A model generated the notes under the pieces. That model was not told the origin of the DNA. It saw only the letters and a program-made list of their open reading frames with translations, and ran no database searches. A stretch of DNA of 62,170 nucleotides, counting the filler, from Squatina squatina (lineage: Eukaryota), in assembly GCA_031763465.1 (NCBI GenBank). It is 3 parts of 3 records of this genome, joined end to end, with 100 filler letters (N's around TTAATTAATTAA, not from the genome) between each part and the next. Parts side by side here need not be neighbours in the genome. Positions count along the whole stretch, not along the records: positions 15,685 to 44,759 come from JARFOE010000001.1; 2 more parts are not named here. The stretch is one strand, 5' to 3'. A program made the translations under genes and the position numbers. Shown here in pieces: positions 28,081 through 41,656 of this stretch (positions within the stretch are counted from its first letter, which is position 1; the number at the start of each line of letters is the position of its first letter).

Positions 28081-31000
28081 AGCTTTGCTGATCTACGTTA
28101 GCCTCTACTGAATTTTTTTAATGCTTAATCTGCTGCAGCTTTGTGAAGGCACATATCACAGGCTATTCATAGCTGATGCCCAAATAAAGCTAAATAGTTT
28201 CTCCACATTTACATTATGGAATCAGGAACTTTGAGCAGATAAAAGTACAGTGCTTGGTTATTACCTTATGCTTTAATTCCAGTGGAATACCTGCTAATGC
28301 AAACTGAGAAAAATGTACTCGTCCAGTATGAAACTTTACTGAAACAAGCTGCTCTAGTGATATCATTATTCACAGTTTTGCAGATTAGCATAGTAAGACT
28401 AAAAGTTTATTTAATTGTTTCCTACACAATGTTGCGGTGGGGGTGGGGGGCGGGGGAAGAAACAGGAGTCATAAAACTTCCCAGAGACAAATGAAATAGC
28501 AAACTCCCCCATACCGTAACATTGAATTACGGTTGGATTTATTTGTTTGTTTGTTGCAGGGCTAAACTTTCAAGGTGCCATACAACTGTACATTTAAATA
28601 CTGTCAAATTAAGAGTTGTTCAGACATTTTTATGAAGTCAGTTACATATATAGCACTGCACTGATGACATTTTTCCATAGGGATATACTGTACAGATTCC
28701 TGCTGCTGCTCCTAGTCTGATAAGTGTGAATATTTGCCAGAGGCTGGAATTTTCCTGTCAAACAGTCTGGGACTAGACCACTTAAACAATGCTACATCAT
28801 CCAGGCCAGTGGTACTTCATCCAACCCATGCAAACTCCTGGCTCAGATCACAGTTTGAACAAATGTGAATGATACCAAAGGAGCACTTAATGTGCTCCAA
28901 TAGATTTTTCTTCTTCAGATATAATTAGAAGACATTTTTCAGAGTAGACTGCTACCCACAAGTATGTTTTGATTTCCACGAATTATGACATCACGCTTCT
29001 GTTATCCAGCCTACCGCAGAGCTTACACAAGGGACAACCACATAGGCTCATTAATTAATACGTAGTGTGGGTCTCATTTCCCAATCTGAAAATGTTTCTG
29101 CTGGATTTTTATCTTCTGATTTAGTTTTAAAATGATCAAATATTCACAATAAATGGTACTCATGTCTAGACATACACCTGAAGAATGTCCACTTGGGCAA
29201 GGTACCAGAGGCATTCCAGTCTCTGTGGAACTGCATCCCAGCACAAAGCTCTCAACTGCCCTGTTTCAATTATGGTATCCCATCCTAAAACCAGCACTTC
29301 TGAGAAAGGCAACAGCTGCCAACAAGACTGTAGCTAATTTGGCAGTTTTATAGAATATCATTCTCTCATCCCAAGCACTGGTGTGAATTCCACCCTTTCA
29401 ATGTGCTACGGATTGAAGGATATGTCCTGGTTCGAGTGGTATGACCGAACCTCTGATTGTCCCTCCCAAGGAGTATATATTCTAACCCTATAGAAACTCC
29501 TGATAGTATGGTAATACTATGTGATTCCTTTCAATTTTTTAGTGAGACCTATTGAGGCTTTTGTTTTTTATTCATTTGACAATGGAAGCAAATACAATTT
29601 GTGCGCACTGATGAGTTTGTGTATGTGCCACCTTGATATAGAAAAATACAGGTATTCATTGGGAACTTTGGAATATAGAATTTATGTAAACTGATACTTG
29701 CGACTGATGAAGGAATCATGAAATTAGAAGAAAGGTTTTTTACTAAGTAGATACTTTTAAAAATCAAGAGTTCAATTATTGAACGGTATGGAATTAAATG
29801 TACATTTCCTGTAACCGCAATTTTACAATTGTGTTCTAATTCCATGAAGTGGCTGAACTGTGGTTTTACAAAGTATTTTCATTTTCTTTGTTTGTTTATT
29901 GACTCATGGGGCTGAAACCTCCTACTGACACTGTGATTCAGTGCAGCAACGTTTTTCTCTTTGATCCAAGGGAGGCTTGTAAAGTTTATTTTTCTTTGTT
30001 GCTAACTTAACTTTCAAAATGGCAGCGACGGAGCNNNNNNNNNNNNNNNNNNNNNNNNNNNNNNNNNNNNNNNNNNNNNNNNNNNNNNNNNNNNNNNNNN
30101 NNNNNNNNNNNNNNNNNNNNNNNNNNNNNNNNNNTTTAAGAATTTAGCTTTTTGCATTGTCTGAGATGACTCATGATTTACAACACTTTACAAAAAAGGG
30201 AAATAGGTTGGTGTGATTAAAAGCACAGCCATATCATTGCACTGTCAGTGTTGGTGCTTCGTGCAATGTATATATCTTTTTGTATAGTGGCCACTATTCC
30301 AAAGATCATGCTACCCAGAATTTCTACCCAATTGTCTACTTTCCTCATAAAAAAGTTGTATCTGTATTTTGTTTGACCCGATCTTTTTTTCTTTTTCATT
30401 AAAAAATATCATGAAAGTTAGAGAATATATAGTTTTACAAACGGCTTGTGTTAACTCAAGAGCATCGATGAGGAATTTACTAACTGAGCTAGTAAGTGCA
30501 TGGACTTCTAACCAGAGCCGCTGGATTATTAAATGGTTCATTACAAAACACAAAATCAGTTTCTCAGAAAATTAAAGAGATATTTTTCAATTGAAAAACT
30601 AGGTTCAACAATTCTGAAGCACTCATTTTTTAAAAAACTGCATCACATGTCTCTGTCACACATTGGTATTTATTTAATTTTAAACTAAATGTTAAAAACT
30701 CACTTGTGCCTGTCAGCTAATGTAGCAACAACTAGATCTGTATCAGTTATCCTAGATCTTTGACCACAGAGTAATCAATTAACTGCATATATATTCTGTA
30801 TATAGTGCTGTAATGACGTTGTTCTTCATTAATCTGAAATGCGAGACCCAATCTAACTGTAAGACAACATGAAAAACAAGTCAGTGCTTTCATAAATGAA
30901 GGAAGAGGTACATCTTTGGCTTTATTCTGAGTACCAACAGCCCTTGTAAAGTCTATTAGAGGGATTTATTAAAGTACCTCAACCTGTGAAACTTGTTTTG

Positions 31001-31514
31001 CAGTAAATCTTTAAAAATTACATTTCTTCAGAAGGTTTTGTGCAGTAATAAATGGTTGAAGTGAAATTTAAGTGGAAGGTTACAGAAATCATATTTTGTG
31101 GTTGTAATACTGAAATCTATCCAAAGGTTAAAAAATCTTGACATTTATCTGCTTAAGCAGTTGTCCAACATATTGAGTTTATGCTTACTGTCAGAGTATT
31201 ACAGTGCTTGAAAATGAAATGTGATGTAATAGAGTACTGGATGCTGAATCCATGACCCTCCTGTTACACTCCAAATGAAGTGTTAGCTGGGGAGATAATA
31301 TACATTCTTATAAGATTTCAGCTTATTTTGGTGTTAAGTGATGCCTTTGGCTTGTGACTAAAAATCTTGAAGCATTTTGATCAGCCAGCACTTTTGTTGC
31401 AGATCAGATTAAAGTAAGTTAGAAAGGAATTAAACACTCAAACTAGAAATATATTTGATATGAGCATTCCAGCTGATTATTCTTGAATCCCTGACTATAT
31501 CACATATATGGCAA

Positions 31515-31638
31515 TTGAAAGGGTGGTGGAAGCAGATTCAGTCGTAACTTTCAAAAGGAAATTGGATAAATACTTGAAGGGAAAAAAAACTTACAGGGTT
31601 GTGAGGAAAGGGCTGGGGCAGTGGGACTAATTGGATCG
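31515..31638 (+). mobile_element. CR1 3' fragment
   Basis: agggtggtggaagcagattcagtcgtaactttcaaaaggaaattggataaatacttg, typical end of CR1 ORF2. Confidence 0.7.
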
Positions 31639-34600
31639 NNNNNNNNNNNNNNNNNNNNNNNNNNNNNNNNNNNNNNNNNNNNNNNNNNNNNNNNNNNNNN
31701 NNNNNNNNNNNNNNNNNNNNNNNNNNNNNNNNNNNNNNAAGGACGGGGAACAATCTAATTGGGTGAAGCCCCATTAATGTTAAAATGAGCACTGGAAGGC
31801 TTGAGTGCTAAAGTTTTATTGACAGGCAAAATGAGGGCAAATAGACTGTGTGATTTGTGACTGCGCGCCGCACCGATTGGAGTGAGCAAAAGGGTCTTCC
31901 AGTGTACCCGTTACAAACATGTCCTTGCACTCAGATGAAAATTCCAACAAGGACTTTATAAGTTAATACCTAGAGCTGACTGACCCAGTGGGTCCGTAGG
32001 TTTATATGAATAATTAAAATTTGCTGCAGGGAATTATAGATTTTATGGTGAACTAATTACGAACAATAACCATTGGTTGTATTAATAGACTGCGATGTTC
32101 CATGTTTGTAATGCAAATTACATACTTTTTGTAATGCATATTATGTTGTAACTTTGCAGATGATATTAATTCAATTTCAGATAACTCTACCAAAAAGGTA
32201 GAGTTTGCACATGATTAAATAACAAATTCCAACTGCTGTTACCATGCACCTCTATGCCATTTGAATAATTAAACAGGGTTACATTCAAATGAAAAAGACT
32301 GAGAGTACAAGGTTGTTACATTAACTAATAAGGTTAAGCCATAATAAGCAGCTTGAGATGCATACGATATTTCAGAGTGTAAGAAAAACTACCAGCAGGT
32401 AATGTTGTCACTAGATCTCAGAGCTAAACACATATCAGCAAATAGAAAGTTAGGAACAGTCTTCCAAACACCCCTGTTAGTTTTGCATACTATGTGCGTT
32501 CCAATGTGGTACTTTCGTCACAGTCTTTTTTTTAATTCCTTCATGGGATATGGGTGTCACTGGCAAGTGGTGGAGAGAGTGAATGATTAATTAAGTTGGT
32601 GGATGGGGTGCCAATCAAACAGGCTGCTTTGTCCTGGATGGTGTTGAGCTTCTCCAAGTGTAATCACGGGATACTGTTGCAAGAACACACTAAACACTGT
32701 GGCTGTATTTTTATTTTAGTACTATTGTCTATGAACCACTTGCCACCCAGCTCATTCACAATATCTAGAATTTAAATGGAATGGTTTTAAAAAGGTTGCA
32801 TTATTTGTGTTTCTTCCAAGAATGGGTAAATCTGCACATTGAAATAGTCTAACATGAAAAAAGTTACATATTTTGTTGCAATTTAGAATTTTTATAGAGC
32901 TGTTTTCTCTTTCAACAGCACTTCCTATAAGCAGACCTTATATCCATGATCCAGCTATTCCTTTTCTATACTCTGTACTCAAAAACTTGCATATCAAAAC
33001 TACTTCGCTCAACTAACTTTAATATAGCCTCACAGAACACTAGCTCTCGTCAAAAGGAGGATATTACCACATTGACCAAACGGTCACACAATAAGGCAAA
33101 TAATAATTTTCTGCTTTTAACACTTAGTTGAAGTGTTGGTTCCAACCCTCAATTCTTTTGATGTAGTGATTCTTAGATGATATCAACAATACTTCACATA
33201 TATGCACAATTTATAACGCTGAGTAGATGTCACAGGTAGAATACAACATATCCCAAGTAGATATGACAACTTCCTGTCGGCATCAATCACACAAAATTGT
33301 ACAATGAAACAAACACGTTCTTTGACATGAAAAGAACAATGTTATTAATTATACCAAGGGAACAAGCTAACAATTCATACATTGCTACACATCCACATAG
33401 TTAGCCCAAATAACACTGGAAAGAGAGGCAACAATCACTGGTGCCATTCTTTTCAGGAGTATTCACAGACACATACAAACCCAGGTCACGTTGGAGATGG
33501 CAGACATTAAATGCATATGTAATGTCAGTTAACTCATCTCTAACACCTCTTACAGTGCATTGAACTCATGTTAAGATAGTGCATTTTCAGGTATGTTTTT
33601 AAAAGGTGAATAAAACACTGACCAAAAGTGCCAATTACTTTGAGGCAGTTCCTGCACCTGAGTGTATTAGATTGCTGGGTTCCACTTTATGGATGGAAAA
33701 TCAGCTGGGTTCCTTTACGGGCATGCAATCTTCCCCACCACATGTTCCATCCATTACAGCCAGGTGCAGCAAGAGGAAAATCTGCCCCATTGTACTAAAA
33801 TGATACCCATTATTAGACTAATGGCTGATGTTAAACTTTAGTCACTCACCAGGTCTCAGCGATTAACAAGTAACTGCACAAATCTCAGAGCTGTAGTCCA
33901 ACACGGTTTTTTTGTAGTCCAGCATCAATTATATTGTCTGCGTTCTGCAAGATATATGGATGTTTAAGAGAAGAGATGATCCTGTCAATAATATTTGCAA
34001 TCTTCTTTCTGCTCCATTTAAGATCCTGATCAGGCAGAATTATAACTGCTTAAGGTACTGAGAAGAATGCCTGACGAATAGAGGCCCCCCACGGGATCTG
34101 TATCGTAAATGACGGGAAACCTAATTCTCCATTTCTGGGCTTCTCACACTGACTTTGACTTTGAAATTGATTGTTTAAGGGTGGTGAAGAATGAAATTGG
34201 AACACATAGAAGTCGTAGATAAGTCATAGAGAAGTGCAGTCATCTGGTCTACATCGACTGTTCCCACCATGAAAAATGGGTGAGTGACCCCAAACTTCAT
34301 GTTCTTGATAAATTAATATAAGAATTTTCTCACACTTATCCTCATCTGGAGAGCTTTACGTCCTTAAAGCCAAAATCAAAAGTATATAAAATATCAAATA
34401 ATACGAGGTAACAGTTGATCTCAGCCAGATCAGACTGTGAAGAGACATAGTTCATGACAGGGTGAATTGATGACAGATGATCACAGTGCCTTTGAAAAGT
34501 TTATGATATTTCAGATTCTACCTTAATCCAATGTGTCTGTCCAAATCTTTATTTCGCTCTCTGTAAAATTTATTGCAAGTAAATTATAATCTGTACGTAT

Positions 34601-35095
34601 TATTCCTGGTTTGCTGTCTGTGAGAATTTTTCAATGTGAGTGGCTGCTTAGCTAGTTTGATGATATCACTGTTGCTTGACACTGGTGATTCGCTTGAATT
34701 GGTCCCAGATTCAAACTAAGGTCGCGAGAGTTAAAATGAATGCCACAGAGATCGCAAGATCTTTGTAGGCAGATTTCTTTGAGATCAGCGGCGAGCGCCG
34801 TCGCTTCATCGCTGAGCGCAAACTCCAGGCTAGTTTGTCCTAGGACCAACAAGATTGAATAATGGCCCGGAATTTGCAGTCAGCGATGAAACAAAGGCAT
34901 TTGCCACTGGCCACAAAGTAAGCCACAGGAACCACATTGCTCGGGAACCATGTCTGTCAACCTGAGGTGTGAGTTCAGTGGCCATTGTTCCAGCTNNNNN
35001 NNNNNNNNNNNNNNNNNNNNNNNNNNNNNNNNNNNNNNNNNNNNNNNNNNNNNNNNNNNNNNNNNNNNNNNNNNNNNNNNNNNNNNNNNNNNNNN

Positions 35096-35699
35096 TTTGA
35101 CCTCACAAAGGCCTTTGACCCTGTCAACCGGGAGGGATTATGGAGAGTTCTTTAAAAATTTGGCTGCGCACAAAAATTCGTCACCATCCTCCGCCTGCTC
35201 CACAATGACATGCAAGCTGTGATCCTCACCAATGGCTCAACCACAGACCCAATACAAGCGCAAACTGGGGTCAAGCAAGGCTGTGTCATCGCACTGAAGC
35301 TCTTCTCCATTTTCCTCGCTGCAATAGTCCATCCCATCTCTATGAAGCACCCCGCTGGAGTCGAGCTAATCTATAAGTCGAGTGGGAAACTGTTCAACCT
35401 CCAGCGCCTCCAGTCCAGAGCCAAGACCAGCCCAATATCTATCATCGAACTGCAGTTTGCAGACGACGCTTGTGTGTGGGCACACTCGGAGGCTGAGCTC
35501 CAATCCATCGTCGACTTATTCACTGAGGTGTATGAGAGAATGGGCCTCACACGACAAAATCCAACACCGCCTCCAGTGTGCCAGCACAGCCTTCAGCCAC
35601 TTGAGGAAGAGAATGTTTGAAGATAAAACCTCAAATCCGCCACCGAGCTCATGGACTACAGGGCAGCAGTGATCTCTGCCCTCCTGTATGTGGCGGAGA
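35096..35699 (+). mobile_element. RTE-clade LINE reverse transcriptase fragment (degenerate)
   Basis: FDLTKAFDPVNREGLW...TGVKQGCVIALKLFSIF...IIELQFADDAC; frameshift and internal deletion. Confidence 0.85.
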
Positions 35700-37850
35700 N
35701 NNNNNNNNNNNNNNNNNNNNNNNNNNNNNNNNNNNNNNNNNNNNNNNNNNNNNNNNNNNNNNNNNNNNNNNNNNNNNNNNNNNNNNNNNNNNNNNNNNNG
35801 GATAATTGTACCCAAGTAGGGATTTTGTTGTTGTGGGCCATTAGCATTGCACCTCCAGTGCAAAAGTGCCCCCTGGCAAGACCTAGTGGCAGCCAAAGGG
35901 GCAGGAAATTTAATGCAGCTCTGCGAGATTGGGACCTTCTGTCTGCTGGTGGAGATCAGCCATTAGGTAGTCTCTATAGTTTTCTGATCTCTGGTGAGGA
36001 TAGGGAACGCCTGCGGAAATTCTATTCCTGTATGTCAACAAATAAAACATAAGTAAATCAAACGCTTTAAGCAACAACTAGTGACACTCACAACCCTGAG
36101 TACTGGGAATGCTGCGAGGCAAAATGTTAGATTGGGCAAGAGGCATGATGATGGTAACCAATAAATGTCAGATGTCAATGGAAAATAAAATCGGGCAAGG
36201 TGTAAATTGGGTAGCCAATCTGATCTTTTCAGTTTCCCATTGGGCAGGTTAGGTTAAAGTTATCCCCTATATTCCTGTCCTCAGGAATATGTTCCAGAAG
36301 TCGCTCTACCTTGTCATAGCACTCATCTGCTTTAAAAAATCTCCTCAAAATCCTTTTCTTTGATCATAAATTTGCTACCCCTCTCCCACCTTATCCCCCT
36401 CAATTTCCCCTTGGTGTCCATAGTTTCTCATCCTTAATATAACACACTTTGAGACATGTTACATGTACATTAAGAGCGCTATAGAAATGGAAGTTGCTTT
36501 TATGGGTTGGACATCCCCTGGACCTCTGAAATTACTGCTCTGCAATCACTTCCAGTTCTCTAGTAATCATTGTAAAAGATATTTGCACGGACACTTTATT
36601 TGTTATCAACCTCAGCCTATTCCTCAACCAATCCATGGTAACATTGTCACAGACCCATTGCTCTGAACACAAAGAGCACTGACAGTAACTGTTAGCACTG
36701 GCAGCATTTTCCAGCATAGAATCAGTCAAAAAAGAATAAAACCCCACATATAACTGAAACAAAGTATTTCATGCAATAATAGACAGAAGGGAGTGATTTG
36801 AAGGAAACAATCTAACCTTGAAGTTCAGATGATAGGAAACAGCCCAGACTTTGCACTTGCAGCTTACGATGCAAACTGAACCACTCAATGAGATTACAGG
36901 CTTGTAATAACTCCCAGGGATTCATTATTTTCTGCGTTTAAAGGGTTAATTTAAAACTGCAGTTTTATTATGTGCTTTTAAAGCTGAAGTACAATTCAAC
37001 ATAAATACTGTATAAAAATACAAAGAAAACTAGTCCTTGTTCTGTTGAAATTAGAGCACAATGAAAAACATCTGCAATGTAAATAACATCCAGTAACTTC
37101 ACTGAGGAGAATCTACATTGTGTTTTAAACAATGTGGGGGCCCAATTGGAGAGCACCGGAACGAGGCATTGAATTGGTGGATGCCTTGCTCTGTGAGCGC
37201 CGACCCGGGAGTGAAGTGTATTGACCTGGAATTCGGGTCTTTGGCTCATTTCCGGGTCAGCGCAACGTGGCAATGCTAATGGAATGTTGCCATGCGCTGT
37301 CCTGGCGAATTGCCGGGGAGTGCCACAGATGCGCCATGCTGCCGAGTCCAGCCCANNNNNNNNNNNNNNNNNNNNNNNNNNNNNNNNNNNNNNNNNNNNN
37401 NNNNNNNNNNNNNNNNNNNNNNNNNNNNNNNNNNNNNNNNNNNNNNNNNNNNNNNCCGGGAGCAGCCCAGGGAAAGCCCCAGCCCTAGAATGGACAATTT
37501 GGATCCCCCCCCCACGTTTGGAATCATTTGGTACCAGGCCCTCGCTGCTGGGAGTGCAGAGGAAGGTGGCTGAAGAGACAACCTTGTGGTGCCTCAGAAC
37601 GGATGGGGTAGCCCTGTTCTCCCTGGGCATTCTCGCGAGCAGGATACACCGGCCAGGACATCATTCTGCTGTTATCATGTGAGTTCTGGTGAGACTGGCT
37701 CTGTACATGCAAACTAAACAGAAAGTTCATTTTAAAGAAAAATCAGTGCTCTGTATGTTCATTTGACATGTGCTGGTGAAAGAGGAGGAGCGGATACACA
37801 GAGCGGGAGCAGGTAAGGGAGAAAATTGCTGGAAAATATTTATTTTTAGG

Positions 37851-37918
37851 AGAGGGTTCGTGAGATTTGGCATTTTCATGAAAGGGGTTCACAGGATGTT
37901 AAAGTTTGGGAACCACTG
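37851..37918. mobile_element. hAT (Charlie-like) DNA transposon terminus
   Basis: aaagtttgggaaccactg is the reverse complement of CAGTGGTTCCCAAACTTT; adjacent ccttagag resembles the Charlie target consensus; other end not found. Confidence 0.6.
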
Positions 37919-39890
37919 CCTTAGAGTATGTTTCAGCTTCAGCCGTTTTTCCCAGGTAGGTGACCGTCAATGAGCACCAATCTACTTCAGAGGTCACACT
38001 TTCGCACCACACGATCCCCAAGAGAAGCGCTAATGCACTCTTCATCTTTTCCTCTTTTATTCCCTTGTAAAATAAAATAGGCAAAAGTTCGCTCAACGTT
38101 GGCCCCTACTACACTATTCAGGCTATGCAGATCCGATTGGTTAAGTAAGCAACTTATTCATATACACAATTTACATGTGTGCCCTTGGCATTTATGACTC
38201 CTCAAGTTATACTTCAGGCCTCTAGGGCTAATGTGCTTTCTGTTGACACCTCTTGTTGCCATTCTTTGAGGGGCTGGGACTGATATTGGTGGCCCTTGTG
38301 GCTGTCTCTGTGGCTGTATCCCCATAGGTACACCCTCATCTTCCATGGTCCACCATTTTATCCTTCTCCTAACAATCTCTTCCGCTCTCTGTTGTTTCCT
38401 TTGCGGTTTGTATAGTTTCATTTGATTGATGTGGAACGATTTCATCATCTTGGGTAGTTGTACTGCATATAGCATTGGGCTAGCTTTTTCCACAATAGGA
38501 CACGGTCCCTTATACAGCAGTTCAAACACTCCTACCTGAGCATAATTCCTTACCATCACCTGATCCCCTGTGTGCCATTCCTGCGATTTGTCTGGTTCTA
38601 AATTCATTTTATTGGCTTGATGTTTTCTGCCAATATTCCCTGCAGTTTGTCTGCAGAGCTCCTCTAACTGTTTCTTCAGGTCTTTCAAAATCCATTCTGA
38701 GTTATTTCATTCTCCTGTCTTTCAGTCAGAACAGGTACCAATAAGTGTACTAGTGTTCTCATAGTTGTCCCTGTCATCAACTCATGAGGTGAATACCCTG
38801 TTGTATGAGAGGTACTTCCTCTGATATCCATTAACACCAGTGGTAACACTTCATCCCATCTCTTCTTTTGTTCTCCCAGTACTTTCCAACGTCTTTCTTT
38901 TAGGATTCTATTCATGCGCTCTACAATCCCTGAGGACTGCGGATTTTGGCTTACATGCCATTTCACTACAAAACCCAGCAGTTTCAAAGTTCCTTGCATT
39001 ATCTGTCCAGTAAAGTAACTTCCCTGATCTGATTCCATGATCTGTGGTAATCCCCATCTGGAGAATACCCCCTTCACCAGGATTTTAGCCGTAGTTAGGA
39101 CAGTAGCTGCCTTACATAGAAACGCCTCAACCCATTTGGTGAAGTTATGTACCAGTACTTATTCCCTGTGCTGAAAGTTGGGAGAGGTCCTATAAAATCT
39201 ATCTGCACTCACTGCCAAGGTCCTTCTGATCTTCAGGTCTGCCCCAAAGGTGCTTTTCTCCTATGTGGGTCTGGATTATTGGCCACACAAATCAGATAAT
39301 TATGATAAAAATCTTCCACATCCTCTCTGATGAGGCTACCATCCCACTGTATTTACACTTCACCACTTTTCCTCTACATGAGGATACCCTACTTCCGGTC
39401 CCCCATGTACAAATGGGACAAAATCCTCCCTCTGGACTGCAGGTACCACCCATTTATCATTCTTAAACAACATCCTTTCTTTTATTCCCACTTCAGGTCT
39501 TCCATAGTGTCCCTCGACAGTCTCCCCCTTTTCTAGTATGCCTAATACCTCCCTGAGTGCTGGATCTGCCTTTTGCGCTTCCGTAAGATTAGGGTGACCA
39601 GATTTTAGGAAGGCCAGACAGGGCCAAAATTTACCTGTCTGATCCGTCGAGAGACTGTGCATGCGCAGTCAGGTCTCTGTCCTGACGGCAAAAAAAGGAA
39701 CATTTGAGGCTCTTTGAAAGAATTGTTGAGTCACCAGGACATTTGGGGAAAAACCGGGACTGTCCCGGCAAAACCCGGGATGTTTGGTCACCCGAGTACG
39801 ATCATCACTCTCATTGGCTCAACCGCTGCCATCATTGCTATTTCCCTCATTCTTTCCATGGGATCCCAAGGCACTCCTCCTACAGAGCCT
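37919..39890 (-). mobile_element. Degenerate LTR retroelement / endogenous retrovirus-like pol (integrase) with possible env start
   Basis: Across frameshifts and stops: LTEAQKADP...WVVP...VHGGPEVGYP...GW*P...NYLIC (decayed HHCC), GPWQ*VQIDFIGPLP, FTKWVEAF, VFSRWGLPQIMESDQG-(35 aa)-ERMN, TGYSPHELMTG, EWHTGDQVMV...YKGP...FHINQMKLY (GPY/F-like). Confidence 0.9.
39590..39795. mobile_element. hAT-Blackjack-like MITE nested in the retroelement pol
   Basis: TIRs tagggtgaccaga / tttggtcacccga; subterminal ccgggactgtcccggcaaaacccggga; flanking direct repeat gtaagat / gtacgat. Confidence 0.7.
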
Positions 39891-41310
39891 NNNNNNNNNN
39901 NNNNNNNNNNNNNNNNNNNNNNNNNNNNNNNNNNNNNNNNNNNNNNNNNNNNNNNNNNNNNNNNNNNNNNNNNNNNNNNNNNNNNNNNNNCAACCCCATT
40001 CCCTGGCGGTCCAGCAATGGCCCCTTCTCCTTCGTCCAGTCAGCAGCTTGGCCCTCCCCTTTAATGAAAGGGGAGGGCCTGTCTTCCCGCCAGCGCTATG
40101 CGTCCCTCCACATAGTGCTGGAAAATTCACGTCCCTTTGCGCTCCAGTCCTGCTCCTGAGAGGACGTGGAGTGCGAAATTTTGCACTTCACTTCCTCTCG
40201 TGAGCAGTAAGTTCGCACAGGAAGTCCTGCCTTACAGCTGTTAAAGGGGCAGTCCTGAATTTTCAGTCGCAGATCTTCAAAATATATATAAAGTAATATA
40301 ATAGAGAAACCAGTGATTTTGTATAAGTCATCAATTTTTCAATATGGGCATTATTATACATTAACTATGTGGAATACTTTGGCTGTTGGCATCCACTGCA
40401 ACACCCAATGGGAAAAATAAAACAAATCGACCCCATAAAATGCTACAATATGCATTATAAAGAATAATTAATTCAATTATAACTGATTTTGAAGTTAGAA
40501 TCTCATTTCAGAGTTGCAATAATGGTTTTAAACTGCTCAAACATCACTTTCATGGTATATAAATCTTTAATTTGTGAAGAATACAAATAGTTGGTTTGTT
40601 ATGTGTTTAAAAACCTGCACCAAAAAGAGTTCAGCTTGAGTTTATAAGCAAGTCAAATAATGAAAATAATAGTGGAGTTTGATCCATGGTGTTGATTTTA
40701 TAACTTAATTTTTTATTTTATAATGTAATAAGATAAACACAATTTTATGCACATTGAATGTGTATCCCCACCACTCAAGCAGCAGAATATGTTATCCATA
40801 GATTACTTTTACCACCCATGATCGAGCTGAGAACTGAAGAAGACTTTCTTGACAGACCTGACTGTGTAGCACATTGGAATTTAGTTGTTAAGGATACAGA
40901 TATCCTATATCACTGGGGCTTGTGAAGCAAGTTTCCTATGACTGTGCCATTCAATCTCCAATTGTTTTACAAAACCGGAATTTTCCCATGTTCTTTAAAC
41001 CATTTATTTGCAAAACAAACCAACTCCAGAATTCTAAAATACAATATTTTGAATAACCTTAAGCATAGNNNNNNNNNNNNNNNNNNNNNNNNNNNNNNNN
41101 NNNNNNNNNNNNNNNNNNNNNNNNNNNNNNNNNNNNNNNNNNNNNNNNNNNNNNNNNNNNNNNNNNNNCTCAGTACTGCACTGGAGTGTCAGCCTAGATT
41201 GCTGTATTTAGGGAAGGTAACACTTAAGTATTCAAGGGAATGCATAAATTGAAACCCAATAATCATTAGTAATTTTCGCAGGGGTTCTCCCGATCTCCAC
41301 CACAACTCTA

Positions 41311-41478
<168 letters not shown>

Positions 41479-41509
41479 TTAACAAAAAAAAAAGCTTGCA
41501 TGTGTTTTA

Positions 41510-41656
<147 letters not shown>

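Noticed and set aside
36968-37730. Overlapping ORFs of up to 220 aa
   Set aside because: They span a gap and GC-rich repeat sequence; no protein motif seen
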